Positions 38,101 to 50,500 of a DNA stretch of 64,000 nucleotides are shown in pieces (the stretch's first letter is position 1; each line of letters begins with the position of its first letter). The position numbers were made by a program, and so were the translations under genes. A model generated the notes under the pieces. It was not told where the DNA came from. It searched no databases and saw only the letters and a list, made by a program, of their open reading frames with translations. Source of the stretch: Squalus acanthias (taxonomy: Eukaryota); NCBI GenBank assembly GCA_030390025.1, contig CM059432.1, forward strand, positions 17,672,001 to 17,736,000. The letters are read 5' to 3'.

Positions 38101-41100
38101 TGAAATTAGGTGTTTGGTTGAGGCCTAACAAAACCGTTTTAAAAGCAAAAAAAAACCCCAGATCTTAGTGGCGTATTTCGTTGTTCAATTTTGCCAACCC
38201 GTCAGAGAGTTTGGTGTGAGGAGGATGCCAACTCTTACTACCTCGCTCGCCTGCTCTTTCATTAGCTGTCCCTCGCTGGTGGTCTTCGGTGTCTCACTGC
38301 GTATGGTTGCTGGCACCTTGGTGAGAATCTCCCTCACAAAGTCCATCTGGCCAAAATGCGCAGCCACATGAAGGGCTGTGAATCCAGTCTTCGGGGAGGA
38401 GAAAGAAGCTTGGTTAGATTAGGCTGCATTTAAGCTTCAGGGAGCGCGAGCTCGTCTATGTGTGTGGTCTGAGGCGCTCAACATGAGAAAATGATCTAGA
38501 GTTTTAAAATAAACCAAAATCATAACAACCATCAAATGATGAAATCACCAGTAAATTACTCAACACTTTCAAGAGGTTTGTGGGAGATGTAAAAAGATTT
38601 GATGTCGTTTTTGAAGAGATGGTAGACTTTTGCATTCAGAGTAGCACACAAGGGCAGTTTTAGTCGTGCTTTTATATTATATTCCTTCACATATAGAATA
38701 GAATAAAATTGCGTTCCCATAAAATTACTGATAGCTTGCCGCTTACTGAATGGTAACAGGCTGATTGTAAACAAATAAAACTCAATGGCCTGTATTCTCC
38801 TTTGAAATACAGACTGTATTTGGTGGCGGACAAAGTTAAAGGTGCTCTTAAAGGCTAGTGCCTCAGATCTGCCAAATTGCACCGGAATCTCTTCCCAATA
38901 AACCACTAGTTCCCTTTAAGGCCCACCAGAATCCCGCTCCACCACATTTAAATGGGTTCAAGGGGCAGTGGCTAACCCCTCCGCCCCATTCCTCTCCACT
39001 TCCAGCCCAAACTTACCCTACATAATTGCCGCCACTATATCAGTGTTGAGAAGACCTGATGAGTTGCATTACCACACTGAGGAGGCGGTTACTGAAGGTT
39101 GGCGTCTCTTTGCCTATATAGCTAGTATTTGAGGTTTGCATCAGGGCTTTTGCTACTATTTTTACTCAGCTCTGCACAAAGTACAGCTTTGTACACTAGA
39201 CATGGATTTCTCAATGGGAGTACCTTCAGCTTGATCCTATGAATCATAGAATGGTTACAACACAGGAGGCCATTCGGCCCGTCGAGCCCGTGCCGGCTCT
39301 CTGCAAGAGCACTTCAGCTAGTCCCACTCCCCCTTGCCCTTTCCCCGTAGCCCTGCAAATATTTTTCCTTCAGGTACTTATCCAATTCCCTTTTGAATGC
39401 CACGATCGAGTCTGCCTCCACCACCCTTTCAGGCAGTGCATTCCAGATCCTAACCACTCGCTGCGTAAAAAGGTTTTCCCCTCATGACACCTTTGGTTCT
39501 TTTGCCAATCACTTTAAATGAAGAAGAGGACAATGAAGACAGGGAAGAGGCTAGCTTGGAGGTTCTTAAAGAGTTCGGCATCACCGAAGGCAGCTCTTCC
39601 CATCATGTAGACTCTCATTCACCAGGGTCTACAGACCAAGAAGATCTTACTTAGGCATTCCCAAAGCACAGGAAGGGTGCACATTCACCTCCTCTTTACT
39701 TGTAAATTACTGTGTTGTATAAATGAGCTTCCCTGGTCATTCCCTGGTAACCCTGAATTCCCATTTTGAACAGCCATAATGCTGAATGAGAGTCATGCAT
39801 ATATGTACATCTGGAAATTGTGTGCAGGACATTGGGGAGGGAGGGGGCATTTAAATGAAACTCTTTTGACTGCTTGAGGCCAGTGCTTCTGACGCCAGTG
39901 CTCCATGCCCTGGGAGTTTCCAAAGGGGGTGGGAAATCTAGTGTTACGGATCTCTACCTCCCAAACCCGCGACCTCTTCCACCTAGAAGGACAAGGGCAG
40001 CAGGCGCATGGGAACACCACCACCTCCAAGTTCCCCTCCAAGTCACACACCATCCTGACTTAGAAATATATCGCCGATCCTTCATCGTCGCTGGGTCAAA
40101 ATCCTGGAACTCCCTCCCTAACAGCACTGTGGGAGTACCTTCACCACACGGACTGCAGCGGTTCAAGAAGGCGGCTCACCACCACCTTCTCCAGAGCAAT
40201 TAGGGATGGGCAATAAATGCTGGCCCTGCCAGCGACGCCCACATCCCATAAACGAATTCAACAAAAAAATCAAGTTGGCCTGATTTACCCAATCAGAAAA
40301 TCTCAGCCATTTCATGAACCACCAGCTCAGTATCACAAAGGATGGAAGCACCTTGAATTGGTTAAACTTTTGTCTGTGGCCAGTCTGCTCCACGCCATTG
40401 ATGTGTGACAGACTAACAAGTGCAACAGCTGCGAGTCTATTAAGTAATAATTAACAGTCAATTATCAGAAAACATTACTGTTGGTATAAAATTGCACTGT
40501 AATGGCGACAGCAATTTGAAGAAGTTATGCCAGGCATTTTTAAACTCGTCTCTATCCGAGTTTCAAATGATAACTAAATTGATGCCAAGGCTAATGTAAA
40601 TTAAAACTCGAAGAGAGCATGGAATCGAGAGTCAGGCAGTGTGTCTAACCTTTGTGCTGGTTATTTTAAAGGATATGGTGCCTTTCAGGGCTTCCAGGAC
40701 ATTAATGTGTCCATTTTTAGCAGCTAAGTGAATTGCATTCATTCCCTCCTGAAAAATGAAAAGAAAAAACCATTCAAAATAATTATATTCAGGGAGAATA
40801 ACAACTAACAAATATAGCATGCAAGGAATAGGCTCGCTCTCATTCAAAATCTAATCTGATCCCGTTTATTACCTTCCTCGGGTTATTGACACTGGATTGT
40901 AGCATAGGGCTAATTTGACCATGCTCTTGTTGGGAGCATGATACTCCTTCAACAGGGGGTCACCAGTAGAGGTGGGAGGCTCTGTTTGAAACAGAGTGAC
41001 CCAAGCCCTAAAGCACAGTTGCTCAAGGGCAGCGGAACGAAATGGGGAGGAGCCAGTGATATTGGCACCCTATAGATGGCAAGTGAGTGTCAGAGAAAGT

Positions 41101-44100
41101 TTACTGACTTTACCAGATCGAGTAAGGCGAGAGGAACCAGCCACACTTTTGAAGAAGGTACTGCACTCAGTACGTGCGCGACTTCCAGCGACCACCCCTC
41201 ACTGCAGCCCCGATTTTAACTTGGGACGAATGGGGAGCACGAGGTTGGCATAAAGCTCGCCCCGGCTCGTTGACTTGAGGCCTGGGCCATTTAACACATG
41301 GGCCTCATTTAGACCAGGGCCTGACTGCTGCCCACCTTAACCTGGCATTAATGACGTCAGGCCGGCAGGCAGGAGTCGGGCGAGGGTGGCAGGAGGTTGC
41401 AGCCACAGACCTGCAGGAACGACGGTCCCTGGCAAGGTAAGGGGGGTGCGTGCGGGGAAGGGGTGTCCGATGTGATCGTGGATGGTCGGGGCACTGTAGG
41501 CTCAAAGGATTCCTTGTGGGACCCAGAGGAGTACCCCCGTTGATATTTATTTAAAAAATGAAAGAAACCAACTTTTTCAGCCCTCTTCTAGCCTGCTGAT
41601 TCTCGGCGCTGGGTTTCCCCGATGAGGCTGGCACCAGGTGCCAACTTCGCTGCTACCTGTTAAAATGTGGTCGGGAACTAGATGACGTTATCAGAACCCG
41701 ACTTTTGAATCCCAATGAGGCCCTCACCTACCTGGGGCGAGGGCCTCGCGCTGCCCGAAACGTCCTGTTAAAATGGCGCCATGCGCGTCGGCAGTGTGGC
41801 TCTGGTGAGTGCCACGTCCATATTTAACCCCCTCCCCTCCGTATGCTCCTTTCTCATCGAGGGGCTAAAATCGGGGCTTATGTGTTAAACTGCTTGAATT
41901 GCTTAGCATCAATGCTCAGGAGGCAGTGCGGTACCCGTTACACCCCAGCCTTCACTTGGATGTAACTTCCACCTCGTTGTATTCCAGCCCCCTTGAGATG
42001 AAAGCTAACTTTTGATTAGCATTTAAAAAAAAATAATTTAAAAGGCTAACGGAATGTTAGTCTTCATCACAAGGGGGCTGGAATACCAAGGGGTGGAAGT
42101 TATGCTACAGCTGTACAGAGCTCTGCTTAGACCACATCTGGAGTAGTGCGTCTAGTTCTGGGCACCGCACCTCAGGAAGGATATATTGGCCTTGGAGGGG
42201 GTGCAGCGCAGATTCACCCGAATGATACTGAGCCTAATAAGGTTAAATTTAGGAGGACAGGTTGCATAGGTTAGGCTTGCATTTCCTTGAGTATAGAAGA
42301 TTAAGGGGTGATCTAATTGGGGTGTTTAAGATGATTAAAAGGATATGATTGAGTAGATAGAGAGAAACTATTTCCTCTGGTGGGGGGAGTCCAGAACAAG
42401 AGGGCTTGTCTTACTGTTAGAGCTGGGCACTTCTTCACACAATAGGTAGTGGAAATCTGGAACTCTCTCCCCCAGAAAGCTGTTGAGGCTGGGCCAATTG
42501 AAAATTTTAAAACTGAGATTGATAAATTTTTGTTAGGTAAGGTTATTAAGGGATATAGAACCAAGGCAGGTAGATGGAATTAAGATACAGATCAGCCATG
42601 ATCTAATTGAATGGCGGAACAGTCTCTGGACACTTAGACTGTCGCCATTGAGGGCTGTTTTTTCCAGTCTAAAAAGGATGGAGCCTGGATTGCAGGCAAG
42701 TATCACACGGGGCTTTGTTGATTTTATTGAGACCATTTGGTCTGCAATGGCACAGACAAGTGGCCATGCGGAGGCAGTGGCCAGTACTAGTGGTATGTCA
42801 GGACTGGGCACACGTCATGGTGCCGTCTCTCGGGATGGCATTGCATGTGGGCACGCCAGCCTGACTCCTCCAATGCCTGCGCCTGGCTGAAAGGTTTCAG
42901 ACCCAGGCTACCCATCAAGAGGTTCCTCTCAGGACTTGGCTGCTGTAAGACGGGAGGCCAGCTCAGTAGCAAGAGGCTCCTATTAGAACATAGCAGCCAG
43001 CACCTCGTGTACTCCAGATACCCAGGTAGCACAAAACTAGGTTTGAATTTGTACAGCACACAGTTACACCAAGGAGTGGTGATAAGAAACACTAGGCACA
43101 CACGCAGTATGGGTTTTCATTAGAGGGGTGGTGGCAATAAAGTTATGCACACAGCAAAGATTTGCAGATGCCTTTTTGGCAAGGTTTGTAATCTATTTTC
43201 ATCGATTTGCATGAATGGGCACTGTACGAATTGGCGCACACACACGCGCACAGTGAAGAGTCTGTTGGTGGTGGAAAGGGGGAAGATATAGACGACACAT
43301 AAAGAAACAAACAAAACATTTAAAAGGAACTGTGGGTTTCCAGCTGTAGCTCAGTAAGAGCATGTTAAATAGAATTACATAGAAATTACAGCACGGAAAC
43401 AGGCCATTCGGCCCAACTGGTCCACACGAGCCTCCTCCCACTCTACTTCATCTAACCCAAATAGCATATCCTTCTACTCCTTTCTCCCTCATATACTTAT
43501 CTAGCTTCCCATTAAATGCAGCTATGCTATTCGCCTCAACTACTCCTTGTTAGCAAGTTTCACATTCTAACCACTCTCTGGGTAAAAAAGTTTCTCCTGA
43601 ATTCCTTATTGGATTTATTAGTGACCATCTTATATTTATGACCCCTAGTTTTGAAATCCCCACCAGGTGCAAACAACTCCTCTACATCTACCCTATCAAA
43701 CCTCTTCATAATTTAAAGGCCTCTATTAGGTTGATACGCACCGCGTTCTCATCAGTGGCAGATGCACCAGCCTCCAACAACACCTTAACAACCTCCGCAT
43801 GACCTCCAGCAGTGGCTAGATGGAGTGGAGTGGAATCTTTCGTCTGAAAAATACAAAGTCACACAATCTTCAAAAACAGGGAAGGCTGCTGTACAGAGTA
43901 GGCTCTTACAGCTCTTTCCTTGCACCATTTAGAACATTCTCTTTGTAAAGGAAGTCATCTTTTTTTCTAAGTTTGTGAGGTGAGGAAAATTTGTGTTGGG
44001 AAAGGAATATTTTTCACTTTTTTTCTGCCAGTATCAGAATCAAGTACTTTCAACTCAGACAAAGCATAAATGAGAGTAGGGATGAGGGACGATGCTTATG

Positions 44101-47100
44101 TTGTTAAGTAAAATGCAGGGATGATAAAGGGCAACAACAACTTACATTTACACAGCATCCTTCACCGAAAATGTCCCAAGGAATTTTAAAGATGAAAGAG
44201 ATGGAAAGAGCAGGGAGTTGGAGGAAATTTAGAGGAGGTGACCGAAAGCAGTCAAGAAGTTTTATGTCATCAATATTAACTCGTTGGCCTGAGTGGGAAG
44301 TGGCAGTGAGTTTTCCACAAGGCCAAGCTAGTGGGCAAGTAGAGCAAGGCCATAAGAAGCCCAAGAAGGTAAGTTTTCTTAATTTAAAAAAAATTCCTTG
44401 TGGGGCCCGGAGGGGCAGGAGTTTCTCCTGTGGGCCCCACAAGGAAGGCTTAGGCCTACTCTGCCACGGCCTCATCCCCTCCTCCCACCCCCAATGATCA
44501 CGTTGTAATATAGGAAAGGTGGCAGCCTATTTGCACACAGCAAGCTCCCACAAATAGCAATGTGCTAAATGACCAAATAATCTGTTTTAGTGATGTTGGT
44601 TGAGGGATAAATATTGGCCAAGACACTGGGGATAATGCCCCTGATCATCTTCAAACAGTGACATGCCAGGATCTTTTATGTCCACCTGAGAGGGCAGACA
44701 GGGACTCAGTTTACTGTCTCATCCGAAAGACGGCACCTCCAACAGTGCAGCACTCCCTCAGTATTGCACTGGAGTGTTAGCCTAGATTTTTGTGCTCAAG
44801 TCACTGGAGTGCGAATTGAACCCACAACTTTCTGACTCAGAGGCGAGAGTGCTACTGACTGAGCCACACCATGCACCTTCCCCAAAGGTAGCAAAAAAAC
44901 AGCGAGGGAGGTAGTTGAAAAGTCTAGGGCTCAGAATCAGTAGGCTATTCAACAGTGGAAAGCACCACTGTAAATCCTGCTCTCGGGAGACATCAACGTG
45001 CATACTCTCCAGCAGGGTGGTTAAACCCTGGCTGATATCCTCCTCCTTCGCCTTAAGGAGATAAAATACACATCAGGGGATTCAATCTGAGACTCCTTGG
45101 GGCTTGATTTTAATAGCCCTGAGGAGGCGGGTTAGCTGCGAAAATCGGAAAAAATGGCTTCAGACACCCAACCCGCCTCCATCCCGCCCCCACGCGATTT
45201 TCATGAGTGTCGGGTCAGCCGCTCCCAAACTGACCCGACTCCAACCGGTGGGACAGATAGTTAAGGCAGTTAAGAGCCTGTTAACTGCCTTGATAATCCT
45301 ATTTTGATAGAGGTTTCCTATTTTCACACCTCTGGCTCCTGTTTCCCATCTTGTCAGAAACAGTCCAGCTGCAAGGAGACGAGTTGGTGGAGGACATGAT
45401 CTGTAGTCATTATTGGTGCAGAACTTTAAAAGCGCTCCTGTAACATGACTGGCATTCAAATGCAACAACTTTGTTGTTGGAGGTTTGGAATAAGATTTTG
45501 CAAATCTACTGACCTTGTGACTGGTCAAGCTGACACACGTCTGCTGTTTGAACTGATTGGAATAATTTCAGGCCACTTTGAGTGTGCGCTTGCAAGCTTC
45601 TTGCCTCAACTAAAATATAATAACGGGATGGGAACCATTTACTTCCTCTCATCCTGGTCGTCAGATTCGGAGGAAGAGCAGCGCGGCTTAGTGCTGCCGG
45701 ATGAACAAGTGGCTCAGCACACAGCCTCCTTGGAGGAAGATGAAGAGGACGACGAGGAGGATGAGTAGGAGGACGGGGAGTGATGCCTTGCGGGGCCGGA
45801 TGTGGCCAATCCACCAGCAGGCGACCACATTGATGGCTGTCAGGCAAGGGATGCACTCAGCCATGCCAGATTCGTGGAAGCTAACGCTTCAACCACAGGT
45901 GGCTGGCACATGGAGATGAATATAAGTCCGACATTCTCAAACCCAAGGCATCATCTGTCCAATAAACGGTGATTTGCGCTCAGTGTCACCACTATCATTT
46001 TACATGGAAATTGCCCCGAGCCCTCCTCCTCCTCAGCAATTTGGAGCCAAGCGCTGACAGACCCGACATTGGGAAAGGCGCGTTGCGGCGGGTTGACCGC
46101 GTTCCTGACCCGCTGTCAAAAAAAAAAACACTTTCCCACCCGACCCGCCACCGATCCCGCCCGCTGACACCCCAGAAAATTCCGGCCTAAGTATTAAAGA
46201 TGTGGTTCGAACCTCTAGAATGGGTGGAAGCACAGGAGAACAAATACGTTGTGTGATTAAGCATAAAAAATAAGAAATAATATGAATTAATGTTAAAACA
46301 AAGCATATGAATGAGAAATTGTATAAAATAGAAGATAGAGAAAATAGAGTATATTTTAGTCAGTATTACACTAAAGCCACAGCGGATATCTCTGGAATTA
46401 TCACTGTAGCATAAGCTTCCACATCATTGTGTGCGAGTTCAAATTTAAAAGAAAATAACTGACCCAGGGAATACACAACCTACTGGCGTTGTGAGTGCTG
46501 TAAGAGTTAATTAAATCTAAATTATCATCGACGTGCACATCCCAGACTGTAAATTGTGAGGCACAGATAAATTACTTCAGGCCTTCAGTGAAGCCGACAT
46601 TCATGGTTTGTTCGCACTTCATTGATTTTGTACTTTCAGTACATTTTGATTGCATGAGTTTGCAGGAGTAGCGCGAGTTATATATCTGGGGGGCAGGGGG
46701 GGGGGGGGGTTGAAATTGGACATGGGCGGCGAATTAAAAAACGATGGTATCGCATTTGTCGCTTGTTATTCAGTTCCATTGACTTCAACAGAACTGATTC
46801 GCGGGCGTGTTGTATAATGGTCGGCAAATTCGATACCGCCTGTCTGGCATCCCCGGTCATGTCCAATTTCACCCCCTCCTAGGTTTCTTGGAGTGACTGT
46901 GTGTGATTCACAGAAACAGAAGGCAGCAAATCACACACACTTAAACAACTGTTTATAAAAAAAAAAATCAATAAATCAATAATGAAATCCCAAGTGTTGG
47001 CAACTCTGGCACTCATCTGTTAAAGGAACAAGAAGACACTTTAGCAGTAACACAATTACTATTTGGAATGTACCAATAGTAAACAGAAAGAAAGAAAGAA

Positions 47101-47516
47101 AGAAGGAAAGAAAAGAAAAAGGAAAGAAAGACAGATTTTCATTTCTATAGCACCTTTCACAACCACCGGACGTCCCAAAGTGCTTTACAGCCCATGAAGT
47201 ACTTTTTGAAGTGTAGTCACTGTTGTAATGCAGGAAACGCAGCAGCCAATTTGCGCACAGCAAGCTCCCACAAACAGCAATGTGATAATAACCAGATAAT
47301 CTGTTTTTTAGTGATGTTGATTGAGGGATAAATATTGGCCAGGACACCGGGGATAACTCTCCTGCTCTTCTTCGAAATAGTGCTATAAGATCTTTTACGT
47401 CCACCTGAGAGAGCAGATGGGGGCCTCGGTTTAACGTTTCAATCTGAAAGACAAGACCTCTGGCGTGTCAGTCTAGCTTTTTGTGCTCAAGTCTCTGGGG
47501 TGGTCCTTGAACGGAC

Positions 47517-47558
<42 letters not shown>

Positions 47559-50500
47559 GGCTGACACTGTAAGGTGAAAGGTGATTTGCAAGTGTTTAAA
47601 TATCTAATATACTGATCAGTTATTTTTCATCTTGTACATTCGGTAGTTTATGTTTATTCTCCCCACAGTTTGGCGACCTCAGGCCTCACCTTGTTCCGTG
47701 CTGTGGTGACTCCAGCTTTGTTGAATTTTAAGAGCTCCTTTATCACGGCGACGCTGCCCTTTGACGCGGCGATGTGCGCACAGGTGGACCCCTCCACGTT
47801 TGCCGAAGTCACCAGTTCCGGCTTCTGTTTGAGAAAGAGCTTCACGACCTCAGAATGATCATTCTCCGCAGCCAGGTGGAGTGGCGTTTGCCCCTGCTGT
47901 CAACGGCAAGAAACAGCAAGGGAGGATGATTAGAGCACATGGTCACGACTGATGTGATCGGAGTCCCTTCTGCCTGCAGGCTGGAAGAGTCTCTTGGAAA
48001 AATGAGTTTTGGGGTAGTGCCAAGACTGTCAACCTCGTTCCACTGTACACAAAAACTGCCGTTAGTTTGCATTACTTGGCACTAAGTTGACAATTGCACT
48101 CCAAGAGGCAATGGGATGGCTACTGGGGAAATGGAAAAATGTCACACAGTGTTTTACCCAGAGAGTGGTGAGAATGTGGAACTTGCTACCTCATGGAGTA
48201 GTCGAGGCGAATAGCATCGATGCATTTAAGGGGAAGCTAGATAAGTACCTGAGGGAGAAAGGAGTAGAAGGTATGCTGATAGTGTGTGATGTAGTAGAGT
48301 GGGAGGAGGCTCTTGTGGAGCATTAATATCGGCATAGATCATTTGGGCCGAATGAGCTGTTTCTGTGCTGTGAATTCGCTGTAAAAAAAAAGTCCAGTAG
48401 CTGATGCTATTCAGAGTTGTGGCTGAGGTGCATTTTTGCAGAATAGAGGGAGCTTTACTCCGCATCCGTGTTATACCCGACCTGGGTGTGCTTCATCCTG
48501 AAGTTCCATTATCCAGCACGGTCATTGGTGACCTTAAATGAGCAATTAAATATGGAGAAATCATCATGTTGCTCCTATTAAATCAGGAGGATCTGTTCCA
48601 GCTCTGAGATTTCATTCTGGACCAGCAAAGAGGTTCCTAAAATGCACAAGAATGGTTTATTTTTCCGGCAACATTCCTTAACGTCCCCTGGGCCGATTTA
48701 TTAAAATTTACAGATTTAAGGAGATTGGCAAAAGAGCCAGAGGCAACATGAGGGAAAACTTTTTTACGCAATGAGTGGTTAGGTTTTGGAATGCACTGCC
48801 TGGTAGGGCGGTGGAAACAGATTCAATAGAAGCTTTCAAAAGGGAATTGGATAAATACTTGAAGGAGAAAAAACTGCAAGGATATGGGGAAAGAGCCGGG
48901 GGGAGTGGGACTGGCTGGATTGCTCTTTGAAAGAGCGACTCGATGGGTCAAATGGTAGCAACAATACTGGCCTCATGAGACAGCACCTTCAAAGGAGAGA
49001 GAAAAGAGGATGAAAATCACTGTGCTTGGGTCCGGGGACTCCTTTCAGCAGGCCCGCTCCTGTCTCTATAGTATGGGGGAACAGTCTCAGTGAGATGTTC
49101 TGAACACAGAAGGAAGTACCTTACAGTACTGCCATAAACTTATAGGACAACTAGGAGACATAACCCAAGGATTAGATTACAGCATCAAAGAACTGTTATA
49201 CAAATCTTTTGGCCCCTAGTCACTGTCTGAAACAATGTCATCACATCCTACAGGACAGAATAGTTGGTTCCATTTAGGTTTCACTTTAACTTAAAAATGT
49301 AAGTCCTTTTTTTCCAGTTTCCTACACATATTGATCATGGATTTAAAAATAGGTGATTGTCATTCTTTTGGGACTGAGTTCTGAAATGTCACATGATTTG
49401 GGGTCATTTAGGGTCAAACTACCAAACTGAAGGCAGGTTCTTTTGCAAAGAAGCGATAAGTCAGAGTTCAATGTGGAGAAGTGTGATGTCATCGACTTTG
49501 GATCCAAGAAAGACAAATCAGAATATATACTTACTGGTTGGAGAGGAGGAGCTGTGGAGGACCAACATTACATGTACGCAAATCATTAAAAGCTAGTGTG
49601 ACAGGTAAAACAAAAATCAAAAAGGCGAATGGAAATTTGGCCTTTATCTCTAGTGGGGTTGCAATTCAAAAGTGAGGAAGTAATGTTAGAGGCTGCATTC
49701 AGTTTTGGGCACCGCACCTCAGGAAAGATATATTAGCCTTGATGGGGATACAGCGCAGATTCACCAGAATGATACCAGAGTTTAAAAGGCTAAATGATGA
49801 GGAAAGGTTGAATAAACATGACTTGTATTCCTCTGAATTTAGAAGGTTGAGGAGTGATCGAATCGAGATCTTTGAAATGATAAAGGGTGTAGATAGTGTA
49901 GATACAGAGAAACTTGCACAGTGATTGAACTCCTCCTTTAAGTCGCTCCTGAAAACCTTTGAGGCTTTTGGTCCAATATCTCTTTATACGGCTCAATTTA
50001 GAATTTTGTTTGCTAACACTTTGGGCCGTTTTACTACGTTAAATGCGTAAATAAAGGGACGTTGTTGTAGTTGTTGAGTTGAATTTAGGAGCAACTTGTT
50101 TTCTTGCTTTACTCTGCTCCCTGCAGGGAGGAGGTCCTTGTGACCCCGGCCTCTGTTTTGTCGGGCAACACAAAGCCATTGGATGAAAGGCACTTACAAT
50201 ATCCGTGGCATTCACATCCGCCTTCATCTTGAGCAAACTGTTGCAGACATCGAGCTGCCCGTTGCCCGCTGCCAGGTGTAGGGGAGTCCGCTTCGACTAA
50301 ATGCATTTAAAAAAAATATATATTACATTAATAATTGTAAAACTGTGACTTAAAGCTGAGAATATCAAAGCAGGTGACCTGCCACACTTCCATATTGAAA
50401 TAACTAAACTTTACAATCCGATGTTAATTTTGATCTTTCCCATCGAGAAGGGAGGGGCATGAGGCCAGCTCCATCGATGGTGTCCCTGAGTTGGGTGGGA

